The position numbers were made by a program, and so were the translations under genes. DNA of 64,000 nucleotides from Eledone cirrhosa (lineage: Eukaryota), in NCBI GenBank assembly GCA_964016885.1, contig OZ024748.1, positions 43,214,001 through 43,278,000 on the forward strand, written 5' to 3'. Positions 1 to 11,197 of this stretch are shown in pieces. Under the pieces are notes generated by a model. The model worked only from the letters and a program-made list of their open reading frames with translations. It was not told the origin of the DNA and made no database searches. Position 1 is the first letter of the stretch. Every line of letters begins with the position of its first letter.

Positions 1-19
1 TTATTTTTAGGTAAATTGG

Positions 20-1190
20 AAAGGTTTACATCTGCTAGTTTTCCCAAGTGGTCTCCTGTATAAGTAATGTATGCTAAGTTGGAGAGGTTTACAGGACCTA
101 GATTTCCCAAGTGGTCTCCTGTATAAGTAATGTATGCTAAGCTGGAGAGGTTTACAGGACCTAGTTTTCCCAAGTGGTCTCCTGTATAAGTAATGTATGC
201 TAAGCTGGAGAGGTTTACAGGACCTAGTTTTCCCAAGTGGTCTCCTGTATAAGTAATGTATGCTAAGCTGGAGAGGTTTACAGGACCTAGATTTCCCAAG
301 TGGTCTCCTGTATAAGTAATGTATGCTAAGCTGGAGAGGTTTACAGGACCTAGTTTTCCCAAGTGGTCTCCTGTATAAGTAATGTATGCTAAGCTGGAGA
401 GGTTTACAGGACCTAGTTTTCCCAAGTGGTCTCCTGTATAAGTAATGTATGCTAAGCTGGAGAGGTTTACAGGACCTAGATTTCCCAAGTGGTCTCCTGT
501 ATAAGTAATGTATGCTAAGCTGGAGAGGTTTACAGGACCTAGTTTTCCCAAGTGGTCTCCTGTATAAGTAATGTATGCTAAGCTGGAGAGGTTTACAGGA
601 CCTAGTTTTCCCAAGTGGTCTCCTGTATAAGTAATGTATGCTAAGCTGGAGAGGTTTACAGGACCTAGTTTTCCCAAGTGGTCTCCTGTATAATTAATGT
701 ATGCTAAGTTGGAGAGGTTTACAGGACCTAGTTTTCCCAAGTGGTCTCCTGTATAAGTAATGTATGCTAAGCTGGAGAGGTTTACAGGACCTAGATTTCC
801 CAAGTGGTCTCCTGTATAAGTAATGTATGCTAAGCTGGAGAGGTTTACAGGACCTAGTTTTCCCAAGTGGTCTCCTGTATAAGTAATGTATGCTAAGCTG
901 GAGAGGTTTACAGGACCTAGTTTTCCCAAGTGGTCTCCTGTATAAGTAATGTATGCTAAGCTGGAGAGGTTTACAGGACCTAGTTTTCCCAAGTGGTCTC
1001 CTGTATAATTAATGTATGCTAAGTTGGAGAGGTTTACAGGACCTAGTTTTCCCAAGTGGTCTCCTGTATAAGTAATGTATGTTAAGTTGGAGAGGTTTAC
1101 AGGACCTAGTTTTCCCAAGTGGTCTCCTGTATAAGTAATGTATGTTAAGTTGGAGAGGTTTACAGGACCTAGATTTCCCAAGTGGTCACC
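20..1190. repeat. 63-bp tandem repeat (~18 copies), derived from the 3' end of a 5S rRNA-like sequence
   Basis: Unit aagtaatgtatgctaagctggagaggtttacaggacctagttttcccaagtggtctcctgtat repeats with a 3-nt shift per 60-nt line; its reverse complement resembles 5S nt ~75-120. Confidence 0.9.
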
Positions 1191-1267
1191 CCCATCTAAG
1201 TATTGTATGCTAAATAGTACCTAGATTTTCCAAGGGGTCACCCCTGTCCAAGTATTGTATGCTAAAC

Positions 1268-1345
1268 AGTACCTAGATTTCCAAAGGGGTCACCCCTGTC
1301 TAAGTACTAACTAGGTTCGATGTTACTTAACTTTGTTGATCGGAT
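1268..1345 (-). pseudogene. 5S rRNA-derived fragment (pseudogene or 5S-headed repeat)
   Basis: Minus strand tccgatcaacaaagttaagtaacatcgaacctagttagtacttagacaggggtgacc aligns by eye with metazoan 5S (tccgatcaccgaagttaagcaacgtcgagcccggttagtacttggatgggtgacc), covering boxes A and C; 5' third missing. Confidence 0.75.
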
Positions 1346-1425
1346 GGTTACCAAAGTTTTCAATTCCATTGTTTTCAGTTTTTTTTTCTATTCTCTCAGA
1401 TTGAAGCAGAAATTCTGTTTATGTT

Positions 1426-1601
1426 CAGTGGACAGTTCCAACTCTTGCTTTGGTCAGTGGACAGTTCCAACTCTTGCTTTGGTCAGTGGACAGTTCCAAC
1501 TCTTGCTTTGGTCAGTGGACAGTTCCAACTCTTGCTTTGGTCAGTGGACAGTTCTGACTCTTGCTTTGGTCAGTGGACAGTTCCAACTCTTGCTTTGGTC
1601 A
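1426..1601. repeat. 29-bp tandem repeat (~6 copies)
   Basis: cagtggacagttccaactcttgctttggt repeated. Confidence 0.9.
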
Positions 1602-1805
1602 GACCAGTTCTATAGATGCCATCTACTTTCTGTAAATATGAGAAAGAGAGAGAAAGAGTGTGTGATAGTGTGTGTGTTAATGTGTGTATGTATCTGTGTG
1701 TGTCGTATGAGTATGTATGAGAGAGAGAGAAACAGTGTGTGTATGTGTATGAGAGAGAGGGAGTGTGTGTATGTATGTGAGTGTGAGAGACAGTGTGTGT
1801 GTATG

Positions 1806-1849
<44 letters not shown>

Positions 1850-2090
1850 TGTGTGTATGTGTATGAGAGAGTGTGTGCTTGTGTATGGGAGAGTGTGTGT
1901 ATGTACGTGTGTGTGTGTGTGTGAGAGAGAGGTGTCAACACAAGAACTGAGGTCTATAACTGCGATGTAACTGATAGCGCCAGGCAATCAACATTGGTTT
2001 AACTACTTAATTCTTTACTTATCTTTTCATCTACACCACTTACCTCATGGCTCTTGCCACAAACATTAGCTGCATATCTGGCTGTGTGTA

Positions 2091-2132
<42 letters not shown>

Positions 2133-2192
2133 TATATATATATATATATATAGATATATATATATATAGATAGATATATATATATATATATA

Positions 2193-2520
2193 TGCAAAAG
2201 TTTTATTTAAAATTGTTGGGTTACAACAAGTAAATATTTTATAACTGATATAAAGCACTCAACAAGTTTTGGAGTAGATATACGATATTAAACAAATGGA
2301 AACTATATTTATAAAACCATATTTATTTCATTATACATATTTCGGGGATACCATATAACCAACTTCTTACATAAAAGTTGATCAATATTTATGGTACGTC
2401 AAAATTATTTATAAAACTGTTTATATATTGTATTTTATCTGAAGAAGGCATGCCATATTTTTAATATGGTATCCCCGAAATGTGTATAATGAAATAAATA
2501 TTGTTTTATAAATATAGTTT

Positions 2521-2523
<3 letters not shown>
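2193..2523 (-). mobile_element. Short non-autonomous PLE-derived fold-back element (inverted arm + arm + tail) in (TA)n
   Basis: ~2296-2355 is the reverse complement of ~2466-2524; left copy continues into a ~100-nt tail; flanked by (TA)n; same family at ~4385-4600, 44427-44541, 53903-54113. Confidence 0.7.
2432..2495 (+). ncRNA. Type I hammerhead ribozyme (somewhat degenerate)
   Basis: attttat-CTGAAGA-stem II aggcatgccatatt/aatatggtatcccc-GAAA-tgtgtaTA-atgaaat. Confidence 0.6.
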
Positions 2524-2564
<41 letters not shown>

Positions 2565-2565
2565 T

Positions 2566-2870
2566 TGCAATCGAAAGGTTGTGAGTTCAATTCTCAGACT
2601 GGGTGATGTGTTGTTTCCTTGAGCAAGACACTTTATTTCACATTGCTCCAGTTTACTCAGCTGTAGAAATGAGATGATAGGGACTGGGGTCCATATCATT
2701 CCACTGCAAAGTGGTCGTGGAGGTGCCACGGCAAAAAAGCACCCAGCACTCACTGTAAATGAGGTTGGTGTTAGGAAGGGCATCCAACTGTAGAAATCAA
2801 GCCAGAATCAGTTCCCGTCCCACCCTTGCAAGCAGGGAAAAGCAGACGTAAAATGAAATGATGATGATGA
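2566..2870 (+). mobile_element. tRNA-derived SINE with RTE-derived 3' tail
   Basis: B-box-like gagttcaattc, body ccttgagcaagacactttatttcacattgctccag, 3' end cccacccttgcaagcagggaaaagc..gtaaaatga(tga)n shared with the RTE at 54471; second copy at 4125-4383. Confidence 0.75.
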
Positions 2871-3037
2871 TATATATATATATATATAGAGTATATGTTG
2901 GTTGCTTACCGACACCTCAGTATGCAGATTGGAGCACTCGACAAAGTACGCAGGTTGGTTTGTTTACTCCGGAGTGATGTAAAATATTTAAGTTAAAAAT
3001 GTAAAATTTGGCTTCGTTTATTATAAATTATAGATAT

Positions 3038-3092
3038 ACTGCTATATATATTTCGGTGACAGCCATCATTGGCTGTGACCTCTTCAGGCAGT
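3038..3092 (-). ncRNA. Type I hammerhead ribozyme
   Basis: Minus: actgc-CTGAAGA-ggtcacagcca(atga)tggctgtcacc-GAAA-tatataTA-gcagt; stem I actgc/gcagt, palindromic stem III. Confidence 0.85.
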
Positions 3093-3613
3093 CCGAATTG
3101 GTGTGGGAAAGACAGCTACACATGTTGTTGAAGTGTGTTTTACTCCGTCAATACATCGATATACATAAATACATACACACAATATATATATATAGAGAGA
3201 GAGATGTCAACATGAATGGACCTGTTATTTTTCTCTAAAGACATTTTTTCCAATTCCATCCCACTCGTCCCCTCAATCTATCTTATTTCTCATTCTTTCT
3301 TCTGATGAAGGACTAGCATCAAAAACGTTAAGACCCTCTTCCTGCTATATCAAGCGTTAACCTAATATATCCCTTCCATATACTGTACCAATTGTGTTAT
3401 TTCTGTTAACCTTCTAAGTATATATATATATATATATATACATATCTATATATATATTCTAAACCCATGCTAGCGAGGAAGATAGACGTTAAACAATGAC
3501 GTTGATGATGATGATATATATCTTGATGATTTCCTTTGAATGATCAGTTCTAGTCCTGTAGAAGCCATTTCTATAATAAACATCTATACTCTGCTATGTA
3601 TTGAATACCTTAC

Positions 3614-3712
<99 letters not shown>

Positions 3713-3749
3713 ATATATAAGATCAAAAGATGGTTAAAAGAGTTCCAAG

Positions 3750-3820
3750 TATTTTATTATGCACATTTCAAAAACAAATATCATCATGGGGTGATAACTG
3801 CGTTTTCATCAGATAAAATA
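3750..3820 (-). ncRNA. Type I hammerhead ribozyme in a PLE pLTR-like fragment (~3710-4105)
   Basis: Minus: tattttat-CTGATGA-aaacgcagttatca...tgatatttgttttt-GAAA-tgtgcaTA-ataaaata; 8-bp stem I. Confidence 0.75.
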
Positions 3821-4124
3821 GGGATACATGATATGAAGCTTAAAAAACACTTGTGAATAGTGAAGTTTTAAATCAACATATGAAAAATAATTTAAGATTG
3901 ATGTATGAGATTGGGAAAAAGTGAGGCGGGGTTGGAAAAGGTAAGGAAGAGGAGGAGATGAGAGTAAAGAATGGTGGGGGAGGAGTAATAAAGGGAGTAA
4001 TGGGGGAGGAGTAATAAGGAAGGATGAGAGAGGAGGAGAGATGGGTGATAGAGAGAGAGAGATATTTGCATTGCTTTATTGTGCTACAATAAAACTCACC
4101 TCCTACATTATATATATATATGTG

Positions 4125-4383
4125 TGTGTGTTGTTTCCTTGAACAAGACACTTTATTTCACATTGCTCCAGTTTACTCAGCTGCAGAAATGAGATGATAG
4201 GGACTGGGGTCCCTATCATTCCACTGCAAAGTGGTCGTGGAGGTGCCACGGCAAAAAAGCACCCAGCACTCACTGAGGTTGGTGTTAGGAAGGGCATCCA
4301 GCTATAGAAATCAAGCCAGAATCGGTTCCCGTCCCACCCTTGCAAGCAGGGAAAAGCGGACGTAAAATGATGATGATAATGAT
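4125..4383 (+). mobile_element. 5'-truncated copy of SINE with RTE-derived tail
   Basis: Near-identical to 2608-2870. Confidence 0.75.
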
Positions 4384-4522
4384 ATAAGCAATGGGATATT
4401 TAATTTGTTGGTAATTCAACAAATATATATATTTATAACAGATTCAAAGCACTCTACAAGTTTTCTGGCGTATAATATATATGATATTAATAAATGGAAA
4501 CTATATTTATAAAACCATATTT

Positions 4523-4581
4523 ATTCTATTATATATATTTCAAGGGTACCAAAACTTTGGTACGCTCTCATCAGAAAAAAT
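4523..4581 (-). ncRNA. Type I hammerhead ribozyme in a short PLE-derived repeat (~4385-4600)
   Basis: Minus: atttttt-CTGATGA-gagcgtaccaaagttttggtaccctt-GAAA-tatataTA-atagaat; near-identical to 53922-53980. Confidence 0.8.
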
Positions 4582-4740
4582 ACAAAGTTTGTTTTATAAC
4601 ATATATATATATGTTATACACACACACAATCATATATATATACATACATGTACAATCATATATATATATACATACATGCGCAATCATACACACACACGCG
4701 CACACACAAATATATATATATTATTAAATATATATATGTT

Positions 4741-4777
<37 letters not shown>

Positions 4778-4909
4778 GTGTGTGTGTGTGTATGCATGTG
4801 TATGTATATATATTTGTGTGTGTATGTGTGCAAAACATTTTCTGATGGCTCATTTATATTGAGTTAAATTTCCCAAGATATCAGAGGATAGAATTAGCTA
4901 CAATTTTTT

Positions 4910-5165
4910 ATGATGATGATGGTGATGATGATGATGATGATGATGTTGGTGATGATGATGATAATGATGATGATGATTTTGATGTTGGTGGTGATGATGA
5001 TGATGATGGTGGTAATGATGATGATTTTGATGTTGGTGGTGATGGTGATGATGATGATGGTGGTGATGATAATGATGATGATGATGATGGAGGGGGGGAT
5101 GATGATGATGATGATGATGATGGTGGCGGTGATGGTGGTGGTGGTGATGATGATGATATGTTGAT
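4910..5165. repeat. (ATG/GTG)n trinucleotide microsatellite
   Basis: Direct inspection. Confidence 0.95.
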
Positions 5166-5441
5166 GATTTGTTTCAGCTGAATGCAAACAGATTTGCTTA
5201 AATGGAGGTCGGTGTTCCAGTGGGAGATGTCGATGTTCAAAATATCACCATGGTAAACGATGTGAACATAGGTACGTCCTCACCTCCTTTTAACCCTTTC
5301 ATATTTAAACCGGTCATATCTTGCCAGAATTCACTCACCTCTTTCTGTTCAAACCAGCTGTAACTGGCTTCTCATACTGATGTTAAGGTATTGTTCTCAA
5401 AATAGATAATATTAAAATCTTGTAGATTCGATATTATGTGA

Positions 5442-5650
5442 GATATTATGTGAGGTAAAGCCTTTACTGCGAAAATACAATAGTGTATATAGAGTAATGT
5501 AAATGTTATGCAAGATATTATGTGAGGTAAAGACTTTACTGTGAAAATACAATAGTATATATAGAGTAATGTAAATGTTATGTGAGATATTATGTGAGGT
5601 AAAGCCTTTACTGTGAAAATATAATAGTATATATAGAGTTATGTAAATGC
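5442..5650. repeat. 72-bp tandem repeat x3
   Basis: gatattatgtgaggtaaag starts at 5442, 5514, 5586. Confidence 0.85.
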
Positions 5651-5896
5651 TAAATGGTTAAAGATTCTTTGTGAAGCCAACTAAATGTTAAACCCTATCC
5701 TTATCATAATGAGAGACATTGCTTGTGATTCTCAAATAACCTGGTCATTGCTGGCAGTAACGCAACATTTGAAGGAGTGTATCTGACCCAACAAAAGATC
5801 CACATGAGGTGGCTTGGCTGGTGCAGTGGTTGTTGCTGGCTGATCTCTGCAGCAATAGCTTCCCCATTTTGTCCACTGGGCACAGTAATTTAGAAC

Positions 5897-6168
5897 CAGG
5901 GACAGTTTCAAATGGATTGGTACCAAACAGCTTTAGTTATGTAGAAGTAGGGATCAGCTTTAGTTATGTAGAACCAGGGATAGTTTCAAATGGGTTGGTA
6001 CTAAACAAGTTTAGTTATGTAGAAGTAGGGATAGTTTCAAATGGGTTGGTACTAAACAAGTTTAGTTATGTAGAAGTAGGGATAGTTTCAAATGGGTTGG
6101 TACTAAACAAGTTTAGTTATGTAGAAGCAGGGATAGTTTCAAATGGGTTGGTACCAAACAAGTTTAGT
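5897..6168. repeat. 51-bp tandem repeat, probably amplified from a MITE end
   Basis: gggatagtttcaaatgggttggtactaaacaagtttagttatgtagaagta repeated; reverse complement resembles the 42-bp unit at 23000. Confidence 0.8.
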
Positions 6169-7617
6169 CTTTTGTAAAGTTAGAATCTGAACCATGCAAA
6201 TATGAATTGCATTAGGTCTAACATTTGTTGTTCTCCAATAAATTTCTCACAGACAAAATGGTGCCAGATATTTCTCCTATTCAGCAGTCAGTTACAGCTG
6301 GTTATTAGTTTTCTATTAAAAAGTCATTGTGTTTCATTATTTCATTTGGAAAAATACTTACAATTCTTGTTGTCGTGTCGAAGAAAATATATTTTTCATT
6401 CCTGACTAATAATTTCTGAATTATTACAAGATTCACTATTATGAACAAGATTACAGAATATAGGACCCTGCTGCCAGTCTATGGAATATAGGAGGACCAC
6501 TTACAGAAACAATTATTGGTATTAATTTCATCGGGTTAAACTTCTTAACAGTCTTTGAGAATTTCCTCTCGTTGAAATTAATATTTCTTCTCCCTTTTCT
6601 CTTTAACTTTGTACTGTGACCTAGTTTTGGTTATAAACATTTTAGAAATCTGCATTCAATGACATTCTCTGAAGCAGAGATCTATCTTAAAGGATTTCAA
6701 AGGATAAAAACAAAAAACAAACAAACAATCAATCAAAACAAAAAAAAAGAAGAAAATCTAGTAATTCTTCCGAGTGTAGCAACTAAGTGGAGTTTTTTAA
6801 TATAGTTCCAGATGTAGAAAAAGAAGTGTTAGTCATGGTTGGAATGTATTTGGTGATAGGTTTATTCCCTCCAGACACAATTAAGGATAAATAAAAACAG
6901 AATGGTTCTGCTGGCAGTTGACTATGTAACTGTATGAGGGTGATTCAAGATACAGGGTCCCTTGTTGAATGAGCTCACCCATTAGCAACACTAGGATTGA
7001 CATCACATTCATACTTGTACTTACACTCACACTCGAACTTCACACTCACACTCATACTCTCTCACTCACACTTGTACTTATACTCACACACTCGAACTCA
7101 CACTTGTACTCACACTTGTACTTACACTTCCACTCGAACTCACACTTGCACTTACACTCTCACTCATGCTCACACTCGTACTTACGCTCCTACTCTCGGG
7201 TCTCAAATAATTGTCCCCCACCCCACTTATTAATTTTTCAGATTTTTCCCCCACTCCACGTATTTCTCCACCTCACTTGTTCCGTCCACCTCCTCTCTTA
7301 TCCCCCCACGCCGCTCTTATTCACTCCACCCCCACTTATTTGAGACCCAATGTTGTTTCTGAAAACCTCATAAACCACAGTAAATGTCTTTACGAGATAT
7401 TTAAATTGACAATGTCCTCAGAACACAGACAGTGTCCTTCTCTCCCCCCAAAATTGCTGGCCTTGTGCCTAAATCAGAAACCATTATTATAATTATTATT
7501 AATCCTGCTGAGGTTTACTTTGCCTTTCATCCTTACGGGGTCGATAAAATAAAGTACCAGTAATGCACTGGGTAATTGCTGGCCTTGTGCCAAAAATAGA
7601 AACAATTATTATTACTA

Positions 7618-8283
7618 CTAGCAGAAAAACCACCCTTCAGGTGGTTTTTCTGCTAGAATGTGTAGTGTGTATATTGACATTATACGCAAGTATATATATA
7701 CATGTAGATACGATACATCAAATAAAATCGTAATTGACAATATACACAGAAATTGAACGAAGACTGCGTTACACTGTCTTATGTAATCAGTAACGTAATC
7801 CATGATACATTAAAAAAAAGATGATATTATATATAAACTGCATTAGGAGAAAATTAGTGACAGAAATATATGTATGTTTATTTAAACGATCGCTAAATGG
7901 AAGGGTTGACATTTGAAAATTTTAAATAAGTGAGTCTTAAAATAACCAATGAAATATATTTAATGAACAACCACGAAATTTAGTAGATAAATTATGTAAT
8001 ATTCATTTGGATTGGCAGTATCGGTAGAGAGTCGGACACCATGCTTTGCAGCATAGTTACGTCCCTTTACAGTCTGAGTTCAAATCCAACCGAGGTTAAC
8101 TTTGCCTTTCATCCTTACGGGGTCGATAAAATAAAGTACCAGTAATGTACTGAGATAATTGCTGGCCTTGTGTCAAAAGTAGAAACAACTATTTATTCAA
8201 AGTAATCCAACTTATTTTACTAATGGGATAAAAAATTATAAACCGTACGCAGTCCCGCGCTCCTTACTTTATTATAGTTTAGA
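7618..8283 (-). mobile_element. Non-autonomous Helitron with a nested SINE (~8008-8190)
   Basis: Minus strand starts A|TC (8284|8283), ends CTAG|T (7618|7617), with a terminal hairpin ctagcagaaaaaccacc-cttca-ggtggtttttctgctag; no TSD. Confidence 0.75.
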
Positions 8284-8290
8284 TTATTAT

Positions 8291-8485
8291 AGGGCGGTGG
8301 ATTGGCAGTATAGGTAGAGGGTCGGACAACATGCTTTGAAGAATAGAGTTACGGCCCTTTACGTTCTGAGTTCAAATCCAGGGTCGATAAAAGAAAGTAC
8401 CAGTAATACACTGGGGTCAATTTAATTGACTTTCCCCTCCCCCAAATTACTGTCCTTGTGCTCATTAATAGAAATCATTATTTCT
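8291..8485 (+). mobile_element. tRNA-derived SINE
   Basis: ggcggtggattggcagta...gagttcaaatcc...gggtcgataaa..aaagtaccag; family also at ~7440-7615, 8008-8190, 33831-34030, 40880-41010, 51520-51700(-), 55535-55675, 61165-61325. Confidence 0.75.
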
Positions 8486-8504
8486 ATTATTTGTATTACA
8501 CATC

Positions 8505-8863
8505 GTTACTGTTTTACCGAGCACAGCTCAGTGTGCATTGGGTAGTTGCAGTGTAGTTTTTGCTGATGTTTCTATTGTATTGATAGTACATTTTCTAATA
8601 TGTGTGCAGTGCCTAGAAGTACTATCTTTTGTATGCTATATATATATATTAATATATATATATATATGTAAATCTTGTGATACTCTATATAATATATATA
8701 CAGTACCTTGTAGTGCTATCTTTTGTATGCTATTTATATATATATTTATATATATATTTATATATATATTAATATATATATATATATATAAATATATATA
8801 TGTAAGTCTTGTGGTACTCTATATAATATATATACAGTACCTTGTAGTGTATTCTTTTGTATG

Positions 8864-8870
<7 letters not shown>
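8505..8870 (+). repeat. Left half of an interspersed repeat split by the PLE cluster (right half 22315-22725)
   Basis: Matches the uninterrupted copy at ~56300-56480; internal ~78-bp unit tandemly amplified in both halves. Confidence 0.7.
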
Positions 8871-8904
<34 letters not shown>

Positions 8905-8909
8905 GATAA

Positions 8910-9875
8910 ATGTACCAAAAGTTTACGGTAGTGTCCAATCCGTATGAAGAACTCAATGTAATCCGGATATCATGAAAAGAGAAGATGCATTCAAAAACTA
9001 CTTTCGGTGAAAAAATAAACGGAAAACAGAGTCAAGATAAATTAATAAAATAATGAATAAACAAAGAAACAGTTCCTTATATTAAAAAAATTCATCATTT
9101 TACGATCGTTCGTTTCTAGGATATATATGTGTTAGAGTTGGTATGCATATTCTATAGATCTATGTACAATATTTATACAAACTATCAGAGGGAATATACA
9201 TACCTACACATATATATGCTGTCTTCAGAAATAATGATATTTGTTTATTGAAAAAAACAAAGATTCAATACAATAGGTCTGTTTGGGAACAGGTTTTGAA
9301 TTGACCAATAGAGAGATAGTGAGGGTCAAGATAGTAATATAGTAGTAGAAGAACCTTAAATTATGGGTAGAGGAAGGTAGATTTCAGTTTTGGATGGAAA
9401 AGAATATTATGAATGAAGGATTATTTTAGGGAAGAAATAGGTCTTATGCTGACCTCAGAAATAAATTTATTTGTTCATTGAATAAAACCAACAAAGATCT
9501 AATATATTCTGTCTGTTTGGTAAGAGGTTTAGAATTAACAAATAGAAAGTTAATAATTGGCCAAATGGTAAAATAGTAGTAATTGAAGCTTATTTTAGGG
9601 GTGAAAATAGGTCAGGTGGTCAGTAAAAGGTATACAAGCAGTTGCTGTTATAAAATAGTAATGCCAATACAAATATCTAAGGTGACTAAAGTTTTACGAT
9701 AAGAATGTTAGTGAAAAAAATACATCTATGAAAAGAATATAAATTAATTTAATTGATGGGTATATTTATATTGATAAAATTATACTAATACATATAGGTA
9801 TGATAAATAAGAGTTAGATGCAGTTGAAAAGTGCTGTTAAAGATGAGGGGAAATTAAAAGAATATAAAAATAATA
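8910..9875 (-). mobile_element. PLE 3'UTR/pLTR fragment between (TA)n tracts
   Basis: Contains a hammerhead (9092-9237) and a diverged ~230-bp internal duplication (from ~9215 and ~9445); purine-rich plus strand like neighbouring PLE 3'UTRs. Confidence 0.6.
9092..9237 (-). ncRNA. Type I hammerhead ribozyme with ~105-nt stem II
   Basis: Minus: tcattattt-CTGAAGA-cagc.atatatatgtgt..ggtatgtatatt...aatatgcatacc..acacatatatat.ccta-GAAA-cga(acga)tcGTA-aaatgatga. Confidence 0.8.
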
Positions 9876-10001
9876 TATATATACACTTATATATATATAT
9901 ATATATATAACGAAGGAAATGTGGTAAGGAACCAGGTGGACCATAACGCACCAAAGTACTCAATACTTGAGGTAGTAGAGTGGGTAATAGGAACCAGTAA
10001 G

Positions 10002-10095
10002 ACCCCGACAGCTGAGCTCAAGCCGTTTCGACGGCTAATTCTGAACTAAATGAAAATTTATCCTGGTATTTAAATAGCCGATCTTCTCAAGGGGT
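10002..10095 (-). ncRNA. Type I hammerhead ribozyme, U3-A8 core variant, extended stem II
   Basis: acccc-TTGAGAA-gatcggcta...tagccgtc-GAAA-cggct(tgagctc)agctGTC-ggggt; all three stems pair. Confidence 0.7.
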
Positions 10096-11197
10096 AATTC
10101 CATATATGGTCAAAGTGATTGTCAAAAATCAGTAGTAATTCTGTGGTTGCAAATTAGTAGGGGAGATGGTGGCTAAACCTGCCAGTAGGAGAAAGAGGGG
10201 AGGGGGTGGAGTAGACCCAATCAAGCGTTGGTAGTGCCAGCTACAGCTGGGCATGAGGTCAAAGAAGATACAGGGGGGGGGGAGGAAGTCGGAACGGTAG
10301 GTAGAACAATGGGGGGTAGAAATAGGAAAGAAAAAATACTGAGAGTGAAGAAAAGCAAATAAGTGTAAAGAAAAAAGTAAAGTAAATTAAATTCTACGAC
10401 CTAGGTGTCAGGCTATTGTTAGGCTAGAATAAAATAAAGAAAGAAAGAAAGAAGTAAATAAATAAATAAATAAATAAATAACGAAATAAGTAAAAGAACT
10501 AGGTGGGACGAATTAGGCAAGGACCCTTTTAAGAGGTATAAGTACGTAAATGATACGGTGACGGGTCAACAAAAGGGGCCAAAATACTAAAGAGACTACC
10601 ACGAAATAAACAATAAAGGCTTCCATCCCGGGCCAGCAACGACCCAGTGCAGCAAAGTGAACTTGTACGAGATAATAGTTCTGAGTCCCGAGAAAAATAT
10701 ATACTAATGCTAACTCTAAAAGATCTAAAACAAGCTACATGAAGGTTCGTACGAAATAAAGGTAGAATACGGAGAAATAAATTCAGAATCCACCCCGCCC
10801 AGAAGAAAAGCGAAGCAAGAAATACTGAAACGAAAAAATAAAGCATAAGTGCCACTAAGAAATATAGAGGGCACAGAGAATAGTGGGAGCGGTCGGAAAA
10901 AGGGGGCAAGTATCCGGGGTCTAAGCCAACTGCTATAAAGGGCGGAGTCCGCCAAATCTATCATAGACTAGGGGAGGGGGTGGTGGGGGTACTAAGGCTA
11001 CATGGGGCCAAAGGGCAGCCTCGGGTGGGCGAGAAAAGACGCCGACAAAGGAGAAGAGCTGGGGTAGAAGGACAAAGGAGAGAGGGGGGAAGGAAATAAA
11101 GGAAGCGATAAAAGAATACAAAGAAGATCTTACGTCTTCCTTGGCAAGCAGGGGTTACCCATTGCAAAATCGGCAAGTGGGGTGTTATAGCCCTAGT

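Noticed and set aside
3298-3336. Hammerhead-like tctt-CTGATGA...AAAAcgtt-aaga
   Set aside because: GAAA mutated and stem II does not pair; at best a dead remnant
7618-7656. Bacterial rho-independent terminator
   Set aside because: Eukaryotic context; better explained as a Helitron 3' hairpin
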